A stretch of DNA of 64,000 nucleotides from Flavobacteriales bacterium UBA6693 (GCA_002454815.1 DKJL01000010.1:348617-412616), one strand, 5' to 3'; numbered from the stretch's first letter, positions 16,431-26,510 are shown. Numbers and translations are program-made. Notes: generated by a model not told the origin, from the letters alone.

Positions 16431-19247
16431 TTAAAACCAACCTCGGCGTAAATAATTGGTAATGGCAGCGAAATTCATGGTCAGCGTAAAGCGAATCCGT
16501 TTTCCATAATCTTTAAAACCAGGTTCGAAACCCAGTGAGCTTTGGATAGGAAAATACACCTCCAGAAAATCTGGAATTACTTTTACTTTAACCCCGGAAT
16601 CCCATATGAATTCTGGCCTTACATTTTTGTTTTTGTAAACTCCCGCATCAGCGTACACATTAAACCAACGCCAGACGTGAGAATCCACATTGACGGTCGT
16701 CAACCACTGGTTTGCCGTCGTGCCAATCAGTGATTTAAAACCTCCTTCCGCTACGATCAGCTGTTGGGCCAGGACACCCGACGTGGCACTTTGCCCCAAC
16801 AATCCGTAGGAAAACGCGTAGTTCGAAACCCGCGAAATTCCGTAATTAAATAAATCATTCTTGGTTTGGTTGGAAAGAAAATAACCTCCGAAAAAACGGA
16901 AACTTATTTTCTTGTCTTCCGCAAACTCATAGCGGTAAGAAAGCTCTGTCGATATTTTCTGAAAATCCTCCATCCACTGCAGTCCCGCATTAAAATATTT
17001 TTCGTGAATCAGCTTTCTGTCGGAATATCCGTACCCGATATTCCACAGATTATATTTCGCATATTCATCATCATTCCTACGTAACGGATCGAGATCTTTC
17101 TCCAAGAAATTATACATGAAAGCAATGCTGCGTCGTACATCGCTCCTAGGGTTCTTGGCGAAATTAAGATTGGCAAAAGTGGTGATTTTCCGGTAGGTCA
17201 AATCATAATCGTAATGAAAATGCGAAGCAGATACCCCAAGATCCAGACTGCGGTAGAAACTTTCTGCCGGCTGAAGCGAATACGCGATGCTACTGGATCC
17301 TGTCAGCTTACCCGTTCCGGAACTGAAATACGGTGTTAGCGAATAATTAAAATTTCGCTGAAAAAGTGACGTATTCCTAAAGTTGATACCAAACAGAACT
17401 TTATCATACGCATTGAAGTTCAGGCGCGGAGTCAGGTATACCTCATTGTATTCCGGATTGGGAACATCCTGAAAAAGTTTAATTTTTAATTTTTTAGCGT
17501 TTGCAAATAAACCTTGTGTATAGCGATAATTATCGCGAAAGTTTTTTTCGGGAAAAATATAATTATCGTTAATTACAATTTTCTCGGCATTTGCGATGGG
17601 AATTGTGTACTTCACAGGCTTTTCCGTAGCGCCGGTGTCAAACCAGAAATTCTGACTTTTGCCTTCTTTTTCCTCGGTTTTAATGGTGAAGGGAATTGGC
17701 AACGCAGTATTCTTGGAGACTTTTACGGTGAAATTTTCGTCGTTTTTTGTGTAGCGTTTTAGTTTAAAATTAGTTCGGTTTTTGTGCTGTACGAAAGTTT
17801 CCAGAAAATCGGCAGAATAACCGGAGGCTAGCGAGAGATCATCAAAAAATTGCTGTTTATCGACTCGCTGTCCGCGGTTGCGATCCAGAAACTTAGCGAC
17901 GAAATCGTCGAAGTTTTCCTGGCCCATTTTCTCACCGATGAAATTGAGAAGCGTGCCCATTTCAAAGTGACTGATGGCAGTCCTGTTAAAGTTGCTGAAA
18001 TCCTTATACTCCTCAGCAATTTTTTGGTCGAGGTTCTGCGTCAGCATGTATTGGTAAGCAAGTCCGTAGCGCTCTGTAAGTTTTAAGTCAGAAGCATGAA
18101 ACCATTTCAAAGGTTTTAGTCCAAATATTTTGGCACGTTCCGGCAAGTCTCCCAGGAGTTTGCGGTCGCCATAGTAACGGTGCAGGTATTGAATTTGCAA
18201 TACAGTCGTCAAACCGTTCAGCAGCCAATGGTCATTATTTATTTCAAATATGGCAGAATTCGCAACCACAGCTTTGGAAAGCATACTGAAATACTGAAGG
18301 TCCGTCTGTTCCGCGTCCGAAAATAATTTATAATGAAATTTCCAGAATTTAAGATCATCAATTCCGATGAACTTTTCGTCCTTGCGGAATTTTTCTGTGA
18401 TTAAAAGTTTATCAGGCAAAGTCCCGATTTTATTTTTAATAAAGTGAAGGTGCAGCGGTAGGAAAATGTCAAGCGCCTCGCGTTGCGCCGGTGTTATCGG
18501 AAAGGCAAGTTCAATTCGAACGGGCTGATTGTCAATATTTGCGGTAAGAACTTCGGGCGGTGTTTCGCTTATGATTACTTCTGGATCCACCGATAGATTT
18601 CCGGCAAAATGGTTGGCATCGCCCGCAGCCAGATTGCTCATCACTGACCTGTTGTCTGCATTGTCGATGTCGATTTGCCAATAGTTTCCCGCACTTTGTA
18701 CTTCTTCCAGGTCGCGGTAATGTCTGGGCGTTTGTGCTTGGGTTTCGAAAGAATCCGGCACAATGAAGAAATACTTCAAAGCCGTGGAAAATTTACCAAT
18801 TCCATATCCGGTAAATCTCGATTCGGGAAGTTGCACAGTGTACTTTAGCGTAAGTTTTGTGCTGGCTCCCGGCTCCAGCACTTGCGGAAGCGTAACGTAA
18901 ATATTTTCATCTGCAGAATTGTAGGTATCAAAATCACCCGTGTTTTTAATCTGTAAATGCTGAACGGATGCGAGTTCGTTCTTTTTGGCAAAAAACAAAT
19001 CATTTTCCCGGTCTTCCAGTTTTCGTTGTGCCAGCGGAGTCTCGCTGTTACGGTAGGCCGCTGCCCAGTTGAGCAGTTTCACTCGCGAAAGTGGAGCTCC
19101 GGTCCGGTTATTATAAATAATGGACTGGTTTACGTCCAGTTGCGTTCCATCATCCGAAAGCCGCACGGAAATACGAAGGCTGTCCTGCTGTGCGTGCAGC
19201 GACATGGCGATCAGCAAAAAGGCGGAAGCGGCGAAAGTTTTCTTCAT
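16431..19247 (-). CDS. Large secreted protein: M1-peptidase-like region lacking the zinc motif plus a C-terminal beta-barrel-like region
   Basis: The ATG at 19247 gives MKKTFAASAFLLIAMSLHAQ (the track start at 19253 is TTG). There is no HExxH anywhere. NDHWLLNGLTT and HFEMGTLLNFIGEKMGQENFDDFVAKFL resemble the M1 WxDEGxTxY and YxKGxxxLxML..G.e.F blocks with the catalytic residues replaced. The last ~350 aa are Tyr/Phe/Asn-rich and end RRGWF. Confidence 0.7.
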   Translation of the reverse strand: MKKTFAASAFLLIAMSLHAQQDSLRISVRLSDDGTQLDVNQSIIYNNRTGAPLSRVKLLNWAAAYRNSETPLAQRKLEDRENDLFFAKKNELASVQHLQIKNTGDFDTYNSADENIYVTLPQVLEPGASTKLTLKYTVQLPESRFTGYGIGKFSTALKYFFIVPDSFETQAQTPRHYRDLEEVQSAGNYWQIDIDNADNRSVMSNLAAGDANHFAGNLSVDPEVIISETPPEVLTANIDNQPVRIELAFPITPAQREALDIFLPLHLHFIKNKIGTLPDKLLITEKFRKDEKFIGIDDLKFWKFHYKLFSDAEQTDLQYFSMLSKAVVANSAIFEINNDHWLLNGLTTVLQIQYLHRYYGDRKLLGDLPERAKIFGLKPLKWFHASDLKLTERYGLAYQYMLTQNLDQKIAEEYKDFSNFNRTAISHFEMGTLLNFIGEKMGQENFDDFVAKFLDRNRGQRVDKQQFFDDLSLASGYSADFLETFVQHKNRTNFKLKRYTKNDENFTVKVSKNTALPIPFTIKTEEKEGKSQNFWFDTGATEKPVKYTIPIANAEKIVINDNYIFPEKNFRDNYRYTQGLFANAKKLKIKLFQDVPNPEYNEVYLTPRLNFNAYDKVLFGINFRNTSLFQRNFNYSLTPYFSSGTGKLTGSSSIAYSLQPAESFYRSLDLGVSASHFHYDYDLTYRKITTFANLNFAKNPRSDVRRSIAFMYNFLEKDLDPLRRNDDEYAKYNLWNIGYGYSDRKLIHEKYFNAGLQWMEDFQKISTELSYRYEFAEDKKISFRFFGGYFLSNQTKNDLFNYGISRVSNYAFSYGLLGQSATSGVLAQQLIVAEGGFKSLIGTTANQWLTTVNVDSHVWRWFNVYADAGVYKNKNVRPEFIWDSGVKVKVIPDFLEVYFPIQSSLGFEPGFKDYGKRIRFTLTMNFAAITNYLRRGWF

Positions 19248-19342
19248 TTTCAAAGGTCACCAAATATAATGATGTTTTTTCTAAATAGACCGCATTTTGG
19301 CATCTGATAATTTATATTTAAGTTTGATTAAACTAAACCATT

Positions 19343-20194
19343 TTGTTCTCAGCGAATCACATTTTGCCCGTGTTGCTGATCTGTGCTGCCAGCAGTACGG
19401 CGCAGGTCAGCGAGCATACCGCAGAACTTAAATTTGACCGCACCAAAGCCACGATCGAAACACGGTTCGACCCACCGGCCGGATTCCGCTGGATAGAAGA
19501 AGAGCCGGGTAGTTTCGCAGATTTCCTCATCGCTTTTCCACTTCATCCGCCAAGTTTTCCCGTACGTGATCACACCGGCTTGCCAATTTCGCGCCAAAAT
19601 CACCATGCCGCACTTTTGAACATTGATGTAGGTGCCAAGGATCTCCAGCAATGTGCAGACGCTTGGATTCGTCTTTACGCCGAGTATTTGTGGGCGAACA
19701 AACGCTTTGCAGACATCGGATTCGAATTCACCGACGGTACTTATTTCTCCTGGAAAGATTTCAGGGAAGGCCGGCGCACAAAGCAGCGCGGCAAAAAAAT
19801 AACTTTGGTAGAAACGGGCAAAACCGACAATTCGTACGATGCATTCCGAAAATATCTGGAAACAATTTTTGTTTATGCCGGCACTATTTCAATCGACCGG
19901 GAATCCCGACCAGTTACTTCGAATGACGAGATCCGACCCGGTGATTTTCTTGTAAAACCGGGAAGTCCCGGGCATCTGGTTTTCATCGTTGGCTCCGCAA
20001 AAAATGGCAGCGGCAAGAAGCTTTATCTTTTAGCAGAAGGATTTATGCCGGCACAGGACATACACATTTTAGTCAATCACGAAAATCCAAAAATATCACC
20101 GTGGTATGAACTCGATATCGATGCGGCAGAAACCAAAACAGCAAAGTATACATTTGTTCCAACAGTAATCAAACGTTTTCATGCGTTGCGATAG
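19343..20194 (+). CDS. Secreted hypothetical protein (possibly DUF4846-like)
   Basis: TTG start with a signal-peptide-like N-terminus ..ILPVLLICAASSTAQ. The block PGDFLVKPGSPGHLVFIVGSA...LLAEGFMPAQDIHIL matches my recollection of DUF4846. This was not verified. Confidence 0.55.
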   Translation: MFSANHILPVLLICAASSTAQVSEHTAELKFDRTKATIETRFDPPAGFRWIEEEPGSFADFLIAFPLHPPSFPVRDHTGLPISRQNHHAALLNIDVGAKDLQQCADAWIRLYAEYLWANKRFADIGFEFTDGTYFSWKDFREGRRTKQRGKKITLVETGKTDNSYDAFRKYLETIFVYAGTISIDRESRPVTSNDEIRPGDFLVKPGSPGHLVFIVGSAKNGSGKKLYLLAEGFMPAQDIHILVNHENPKISPWYELDIDAAETKTAKYTFVPTVIKRFHALR

Positions 20195-20261
20195 TTTCAG
20201 ATTGTTTTAGTCTTCGTCACACAAACGCGTATTTTTGCAGTCTTGAATTCTGACAGTTGTT

Positions 20262-21431
20262 ATGAAAAATAATTTACCGAACGGGACGCTGTATCTTCTG
20301 AGTGCTGCGGCCGGGCTTGTGGTTGCTAATCTTTATTACAATCAGCCGCTTTTGCATGACATCGCACGCAGCTTGCACGTCACAGATTCCCAGGTCTCGA
20401 ACGTTGCTTTGGCGACACAATTAGGTTACGCTTTTGGTCTGTTACTGATTATTCCGTTGGGAGACAAAGTTTCTAACCATAAAATAATGAAATTGGATTT
20501 CGTGGTTCTGGTTGCAGCACTCCTGGGCGCAGCATTGGCCAAATCGATTTTTATTCTTGTTTTCTGCAGTTTTCTAATCGGTTTTACCTCTACGCTTCCG
20601 CCGCTTTTCGTGCCGATGGTTGCGCATCTCAGCACTGACGAAAACCGTGGGCGTGCAATAGGAATTGTGATGAGTGGCCTTCTGATCGGGATTTTAGGAA
20701 GCCGGGTGTTGAGTGGACTGGCGGGAGAATATTTTGGCTGGAGATCAGTTTTCTTTGGAGCAGCCGGAATAATGGCTTTATTGTTTTTTCTGCTTTATTC
20801 CAGATTGCCCGTAATACGTCCGGACTTTGCCGAAAGTTATGGCAAACTGATGAAGTCGCTTCTACATTATTTCCGGACCGAATCTTCGCTGAGGCGTGCT
20901 ACTTTGCGGGGAGCGTTGGCGTTTGGCAGTATGAGCGCTTTCTGGACGACGCTGGTGTTCTTGATGGAAGATTCATTTGGGTATGGCAGCGCCGTGGCCG
21001 GTAGTTTCGGCCTGTTCGGCATTGTCGGAGCACTCGCCGCGACGGTCGTGGGTAAACTTAATAATCGGGTAGCAAAGAAAAAACTCTTACTATTTGGCGC
21101 AATAACCATCGTGGTTTCGTGGATGATATTTTTTACTTCCGCGCATTCGCTTGTCGGGCTTGTCATTGGCGTGATCCTGATTGATCTCGGCGTTCAGGCT
21201 GTACACATTACCAACCAAAACATTGTTTTCTCACGGAATACCGAGGCCCGTAATCGCGTCAATACCATTTATATGGTGGGCTTTTTTATCGGTGGAGCCG
21301 TGGGGACGAGTCTGGGTGCGCTGGCCTGGAATGCCTTAGGATGGACTGGTGTGGCTGCACTGGGATTTCTTCTTTCACTGATGATCGTTTTTCAACTGTT
21401 CTTTTTCGGCAAAGAAAAAGCTGAAGTTTAA
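20262..21431 (+). CDS. MFS transporter
   Basis: 389 aa with ~12 TM segments. An MFS-type loop motif (GDKVSNHK) follows TM2, and the two halves show typical 6+6 symmetry. Confidence 0.75.
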   Translation: MKNNLPNGTLYLLSAAAGLVVANLYYNQPLLHDIARSLHVTDSQVSNVALATQLGYAFGLLLIIPLGDKVSNHKIMKLDFVVLVAALLGAALAKSIFILVFCSFLIGFTSTLPPLFVPMVAHLSTDENRGRAIGIVMSGLLIGILGSRVLSGLAGEYFGWRSVFFGAAGIMALLFFLLYSRLPVIRPDFAESYGKLMKSLLHYFRTESSLRRATLRGALAFGSMSAFWTTLVFLMEDSFGYGSAVAGSFGLFGIVGALAATVVGKLNNRVAKKKLLLFGAITIVVSWMIFFTSAHSLVGLVIGVILIDLGVQAVHITNQNIVFSRNTEARNRVNTIYMVGFFIGGAVGTSLGALAWNALGWTGVAALGFLLSLMIVFQLFFFGKEKAEV

Positions 21432-21509
21432 TTTGTTTTGAAATCAGGAAAAGATAAACTATAATGCCGGTTTTTTCTTCTTTTTAAATACTTCATATAT
21501 TTAAGCAGA

Positions 21510-22016
21510 TTATTTTTCATATTTAATTTCCAGAATTTCGAAAGTATTTTTTTTGCTTCCTAAGTCCAGAATAGCCTCTTCACCCACTTTTTTCAACATC
21601 AGCGCACGGGCAAGCGGTGTGGTAAAAGAAATTTTCTTTTTCGCGATATTGGCTTCATCTACGCCGACAATTTGAAAGGTCTGTACCGCTTTATTCTGCG
21701 TATTCCGAAACGTAACCGTGGCGCCAAAATGTACTTCATCTTCAGGATATTTCATAATATCCATCACTTTTGCGCTACGGAGCCGATCGTTTAGTAATTG
21801 CAGTTTCGCATTGATATGATTAAAAGCGATGCGGTATTCTTTTTCCTGGGTCGTGTCCAGCTGCTCCTGCTCATCCAGCAATGCTGTCCGCTCGTTTTTC
21901 AGCAGTTGCATGCCCCGTTCAGTAACTAGATTCTCGGTGCCTTCAGGAAGGTCGGCGCGTGGTGCCACAAAAGGAATTTCTTCCTGATCATCTTCTTTTA
22001 CAAATCCTCGACTCAT
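21510..22016 (-). CDS. GreA/GreB family elongation factor domain protein
   Basis: N-terminus is MSRGFVKEDDQEE, followed by a coiled-coil. The C-terminal domain VHFGATVTF...ISFTTPLARALMLKKVGEEA matches the GreA C-terminal domain signature (S/TPxxxALxGkkvGd). Confidence 0.7.
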   Translation of the reverse strand: MSRGFVKEDDQEEIPFVAPRADLPEGTENLVTERGMQLLKNERTALLDEQEQLDTTQEKEYRIAFNHINAKLQLLNDRLRSAKVMDIMKYPEDEVHFGATVTFRNTQNKAVQTFQIVGVDEANIAKKKISFTTPLARALMLKKVGEEAILDLGSKKNTFEILEIKYEK

Positions 22017-22083
22017 CTTATTTTATTTAAATTGAAGGCTGCAAACTCTACTCCAAACCGAAACTGATTTTACCGAGGCCTTA

Positions 22084-22116
22084 CAAAAAAACGCCCAGAC
22101 TTTTCGGTCAGGGCGT
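22084..22116 (-). terminator. Rho-independent terminator after the DsbA-family gene
   Basis: Stem acgcccagac(22091-22100)/gtcagggcgt(22107-22116) with one mismatch. On the minus strand it is followed by T6 (complement of A22085-22090). Confidence 0.6.
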
Positions 22117-22138
22117 TTTCATTTAATCAGGCTATTTT

Positions 22139-22843
22139 TTAGTCACAATTACCGTCGGTATCGCAACTTTCACCTTCGTGCAAAATATGAAGTCCTTTGT
22201 CGCCAGCTGAAAATTCCTGCCAGGATTTCTCCAGAACTTCCGAGAAAACCTCCACCGGCTGCGCGCCGGAAACACCGTATTTATCATTAATGACAAAAAA
22301 AGGAACACCGCGCACATTCATTTGTTGTGCCAATAACTGGTCGCGGGAAATGGCCGCCGCAAGTTCGTCCGACTGCAAGGCATTTTTTATTTCATCTTGA
22401 GCAAAACCCAACTCGGTGCCGATTTCCAGCAGCGTTTGCTCGTCATCAATGTTTTTACCATCGCAGAGTTGTGCGCGAAATAAGGCTTCTTCTGCATCAT
22501 TCGCCCGGCCTTTGCTGCCGGCGAGTTGTAAAAGCAAATGTGCGCGGTAAGAATTGGCTACTTTCTGATCTTTTAAATTAAAAGTTATTCCCGCAGCTTC
22601 GCCTGTTTTATTTAAGTTTTCAAACATCGCTGCAGCGTCGCTTGGCGAAACTTGTTTTGTGCGCGAAAAGTGTTCGACAGCACTTATTTCCGGTTGCGTT
22701 GTAAGCGTCGGATCCAGCTGAAAACTATGCCAGGTAACTTTTACTTCATCTTTTTGCGGAAAACTTTTCAGCGCTTTTTCAAGGTTCTTTTTTCCAATGT
22801 AGCAGAAAGGGCAGCGGATGTCGCTCCAAATATCAATATTCAT
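22139..22843 (-). CDS. DsbA family oxidoreductase (FrnE-like thioredoxin fold)
   Basis: MNIDIWSDIRCPFCY carries the CPFC redox motif at the very N-terminus, and the 234-aa size fits the family. Only 12 nt separate it from the upstream pyrE-pyrF stop. Confidence 0.8.
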   Translation of the reverse strand: MNIDIWSDIRCPFCYIGKKNLEKALKSFPQKDEVKVTWHSFQLDPTLTTQPEISAVEHFSRTKQVSPSDAAAMFENLNKTGEAAGITFNLKDQKVANSYRAHLLLQLAGSKGRANDAEEALFRAQLCDGKNIDDEQTLLEIGTELGFAQDEIKNALQSDELAAAISRDQLLAQQMNVRGVPFFVINDKYGVSGAQPVEVFSEVLEKSWQEFSAGDKGLHILHEGESCDTDGNCD

Positions 22844-22855
22844 ATTATTTACTTA

Positions 22856-24250
22856 TTAAATTGGCTCAGAACTTCGGTTGTCAGCGAAATCCTGAATGCT
22901 TTGTTCATAGGCATTCCAGCCGGCCATCCGGTAATTTAAAGCGGCGATTTCCGCGTCGTCAGCTTTGTAAATTCCGCGACCTACGATGATGAAATCGGTT
23001 TCGTGATGGCTGAACGCGTGTTGAGGTGTATTATACTGCTGACCTTTACCATCGTTTCCGTCGGCGATATTAATACCCGGCGTGAACATTAAAAGTTCAT
23101 TGGCTATTTTGTGCTGGGAAACACCTCCGAAAACATTGGGATGCGAAACGGCAATTTTCTCTGCTTCCTCACGGTAATGTGCATCGGTAAGTGTACCTTT
23201 AGAAGACATCCCGAGAATTGCAACAACACCCACATTCCGGAAACAGTCGAGTGCGTCATAACCCGCGATGACCTGTGCCGTAACGAAATCGGCCCAGTTT
23301 GAAATCTTAAAAGTTCCATAAGCAAACTGGAGTTCCTGCGTATTTCCGATGTCGGCAAACTTACGGTCTTCCATCAATAGGAAATTATGTTTTGTAGCCA
23401 GATCTTTCAGTGGCAAAATGGTAGAGTCAGCATCAAAATCAAGTATAATATCAATGTGCGTTTTTAGCGCTACGATGTGCGGTCCTACTTTTTCGGCAAG
23501 CGCCAAGAGTTCGTCGGTGCTGGTAACATCGGCTGAAACGATAAGATTTGATTTTTTCTCCAGCGCAATCTGCAGAATTTTTTGTGCTACAGAATGTTCG
23601 CAGACTTCCAGTTTCTGCTCGTAGGTCAAGCGTTTCTTTTCTTCAAACGCCACGGTATTTCCACGCAGGAAATCGTTAATACGTTCAACTTCGTCATCAG
23701 CGATCATCCCTTCGCTTTTCAGAATAGAGCAGACCTCAGAAATATTAAATAAAGTATGGACGTTGTAACCTTTTCTCTCCAACATTTCTTTTCCGCCTTG
23801 TTGACGGTCCAGTACGACAACGATATCCGAAACGGTGATGCCTTCGTTTTCGACTTCGGGAATCGTCTCCATCAATGAAGTTCCTGAAGTGATTACGTCT
23901 TCCACGAGCAGGCAATTCTGCCCCTGTGTATAAATCCCTTCGATCATTTTCTTGGTGCCGTGCTGCTTGGCTTCTTTTCTTTTGATGATGAGCGGTAAAT
24001 AACTTTCCAGCGACATGGCCGTGGCCATCGGCAGCGCTGCGTACGGAACGCCGCAGATCAGATCGAAATTATCCAGCGGTAACATGTCGAGCAGGTAATT
24101 GGCAAGTACTTTCAATATTTTCGGATCGGAGGCCAGAGGTCTCAAATCTACATAAAACGGACTTTCGATACCGGATTTGAGGGTGAACCTGCCAAACTTG
24201 ATAATACCGAGTTTATAGCACTCGAGAAAAAATTCTTTCTTGCTTTCCAT
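22856..24250 (-). CDS. pyrFE: Bifunctional orotate phosphoribosyltransferase / orotidine-5'-phosphate decarboxylase (UMP synthase-like fusion)
   Basis: The N-terminal half has the PRPP-binding loop CLLVEDVITSGTS. The C-terminal half has the OMP decarboxylase motifs LIVSADV...ALKTHIDI and MEDRKFADIGNT (the URA3-type DRKFxDIGNT). Confidence 0.85.
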   Translation of the reverse strand: MESKKEFFLECYKLGIIKFGRFTLKSGIESPFYVDLRPLASDPKILKVLANYLLDMLPLDNFDLICGVPYAALPMATAMSLESYLPLIIKRKEAKQHGTKKMIEGIYTQGQNCLLVEDVITSGTSLMETIPEVENEGITVSDIVVVLDRQQGGKEMLERKGYNVHTLFNISEVCSILKSEGMIADDEVERINDFLRGNTVAFEEKKRLTYEQKLEVCEHSVAQKILQIALEKKSNLIVSADVTSTDELLALAEKVGPHIVALKTHIDIILDFDADSTILPLKDLATKHNFLLMEDRKFADIGNTQELQFAYGTFKISNWADFVTAQVIAGYDALDCFRNVGVVAILGMSSKGTLTDAHYREEAEKIAVSHPNVFGGVSQHKIANELLMFTPGINIADGNDGKGQQYNTPQHAFSHHETDFIIVGRGIYKADDAEIAALNYRMAGWNAYEQSIQDFADNRSSEPI

Positions 24251-24412
24251 GTACTTTTTTGCTTTAAGACAAAGTTAAGATTTTAAATACAAAACGCGTC
24301 AGAGAGGCCAACCACTTTTTAATTAAGAAGTCACTTACGAGAATAAACGAAAACAGAATCCACCGCACTGTCCTGAAAAAATATTTACCTTTGAAAAAAC
24401 AGTAAAATTCTT

Positions 24413-25963
24413 ATGAAAGCAAAATTCTCTTTATTTCTGACGCTTCTCTCGCTGTTGGTCTTTTCGCAGATCGAAGAAGCAAAGCTTGATCATCTTATTC
24501 GAAACACACTTACTACTTTTGATGTTCCGGGGATCTCTGTGGGGATCGTAAAAGATGGAAAAGTAGTTTACGCAAAAGGTTTCGGCGTGAATTCATTAAC
24601 CACAAAAGGTGCGATGAACGAAAATACGCTGGTGGGTATCGCCTCCAATTCCAAAGGTTTTACTGCGACCGCACTGGCAATGTTGGCCGATGAAGGTAAA
24701 TTATCTTTCGACGACAAAGTCACAAAATTTTTGCCGGAATTTCAGATGTACGATCCGTACGTTTCGCAACAGATTACCATCCGGGATCTGCTGACACACC
24801 GCGCCGGGTTGGGTCTCGGAAAAGGCGATCTTATGTTTTTCCCGGAAGGCGGATCACTAACGGTGAATGATATTATTCATAACGTCCGGTACCTGAAACC
24901 CGCAAATGAGTTCCGAAATTCACTCGATTACAACAATATTATGTTCATCGTTGCCGGAGAAGTTATTCATCGCGTGTCAGGTCTTTCCTGGGCGGAATTT
25001 ATCGAGCAGAGAATTTTAAAACCGGTAGGAATGAACAGCAGTTTTGGCAGCTATAACCGAGCTGTGGCCGCAGGCGCAAGCAATATTATTTCAGCGCATG
25101 CGCCCGTTGACGGTAAAGCTGTAGCGGTACCGCACGACTGGAATGAAACGGCAAATGCTGCAGGCGGCATTATCAGTAACATCACTGATATGAATACCTG
25201 GGCACAGTTTCTCATCGATGGCTTCACCACGAAGGACGGTAAAAAACTGGTTTCTGACAAGCAAATTTATCAGTTGTGGAATCTGCAGATTGCCACCCCG
25301 GTCGCGCTTAAAAATCCGTATGATTCTAATTTCGCCGGATACGGATTGGGCTGGTTTCTTACCGATGTGAAAGGTCACAAACAGGTTTATCACACGGGCG
25401 GCCTCATCGGTACCGTGACGCAGTTCACCGTCATTCCTGATCTTAAGTTGGGCATCGTGGTACTCACTAATCAGCAAAGCGGTGCGGCGTTCAGCGCTAT
25501 CACCAATACTGTAAAAGATGCGTATCTGGGAATTCCGGAGCGCAATTGGTTGAAACAGTACGGCGATCGTATGGCGAAAATTAACGCAGATTATGAGAAG
25601 GAAAAGAAAGAAATTTTTGCAACTTCAGCGAAGTTTGCGAAAGAACGCAGTTGCCAGATCGAGGCTGCACAGGTCGTGGGAATGTACAGTGATCCTTGGT
25701 TCGGTGATGTGGTCATCTCGCAACAAGGGAAAACTTTGCGGTTCGCCAGTAAAAATTCTCCGAGACTCACGGGTGAATTGCTGCCTTACTCGCCGAATGT
25801 GATGATTTTGAAATGGAATGACAGAAGCTATGACGCGGACGCTTTTGTGTATTTCGCTTTTGACGAAAAGGGCGTTGCACAAGGGATCACGATGAAAGCA
25901 ATTTCAGATGTTACCGATTTTAGTTTCGATTTTGGCGATCTTGATTTTAAAAGAAAAAAGTAA
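24413..25963 (+). CDS. Serine hydrolase, class C beta-lactamase/PBP4-like family
   Basis: Signal peptide. Motifs present are SxxK (ASNSKGF), a YxN-like motif (DYNN) and an HTG triad (VYHTGGLIG). There is an extra C-terminal ~100-aa domain. Confidence 0.8.
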   Translation: MKAKFSLFLTLLSLLVFSQIEEAKLDHLIRNTLTTFDVPGISVGIVKDGKVVYAKGFGVNSLTTKGAMNENTLVGIASNSKGFTATALAMLADEGKLSFDDKVTKFLPEFQMYDPYVSQQITIRDLLTHRAGLGLGKGDLMFFPEGGSLTVNDIIHNVRYLKPANEFRNSLDYNNIMFIVAGEVIHRVSGLSWAEFIEQRILKPVGMNSSFGSYNRAVAAGASNIISAHAPVDGKAVAVPHDWNETANAAGGIISNITDMNTWAQFLIDGFTTKDGKKLVSDKQIYQLWNLQIATPVALKNPYDSNFAGYGLGWFLTDVKGHKQVYHTGGLIGTVTQFTVIPDLKLGIVVLTNQQSGAAFSAITNTVKDAYLGIPERNWLKQYGDRMAKINADYEKEKKEIFATSAKFAKERSCQIEAAQVVGMYSDPWFGDVVISQQGKTLRFASKNSPRLTGELLPYSPNVMILKWNDRSYDADAFVYFAFDEKGVAQGITMKAISDVTDFSFDFGDLDFKRKK

Positions 25964-25978
25964 GTTTAATATAAACTT

Positions 25979-26010
25979 AAGCCGGTTTCATTTTTGAAAC
26001 CGGCTTTTTA
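25979..26010. terminator. Bidirectional terminator between convergent genes
   Basis: 11-bp stem aagccggtttc(25979-25989)/gaaaccggctt(25996-26006), followed by a T-run on the plus strand. Confidence 0.75.
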
Positions 26011-26033
26011 TTTTTAATTGTTTTACACTTTTT

Positions 26034-26510
26034 TTAAATTTTCTTTGGTTCGTAAAAAAATGCCAGTCTTTTTGTTGCGTCATGAAACTCGGACCAGGAA
26101 TCGCAATCGATTTCAAAACCGGCCACGCCGCAAGTCGGCATCATAAATACCTGTTCGGACATGCTGTTGGCAAAATTTGAAATGCCGTTATTATGTGAAA
26201 ACATCGCTACCGAATTGAAACCATCCGGAATCTCGGTGATCAGATTTTCAAAAACTGATTCTGAAGCATTGTATAGCTGCTGCAAAGTTTCGACGGGCAC
26301 TTTGTATACTTCATTAAAAAGCTGACAAGTAGTAAAAGCGCGCAACGCGGGGCTGGATAAAAAGCGGTCGATGGTAATGGATTCTTTTTTCAGATGTTCC
26401 GCCATATTTTCGGCATCATGGATACCTTTATCTGCCAGAGGACGATCGAAATCGTCGGTATCTTCCGGCCAGTCACTTTTTGCGTGTCGTACAAGAATCA
26501 ATGTTTTCAT
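26034..26510 (-). CDS. Histidine phosphatase family protein (SixA-like)
   Basis: N-terminal LILVRHAKSDW contains the catalytic RHG-type motif. A later FSHNNG histidine and the 158-aa size match SixA-type phosphohistidine phosphatases. Confidence 0.75.
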   Translation of the reverse strand: MKTLILVRHAKSDWPEDTDDFDRPLADKGIHDAENMAEHLKKESITIDRFLSSPALRAFTTCQLFNEVYKVPVETLQQLYNASESVFENLITEIPDGFNSVAMFSHNNGISNFANSMSEQVFMMPTCGVAGFEIDCDSWSEFHDATKRLAFFYEPKKI

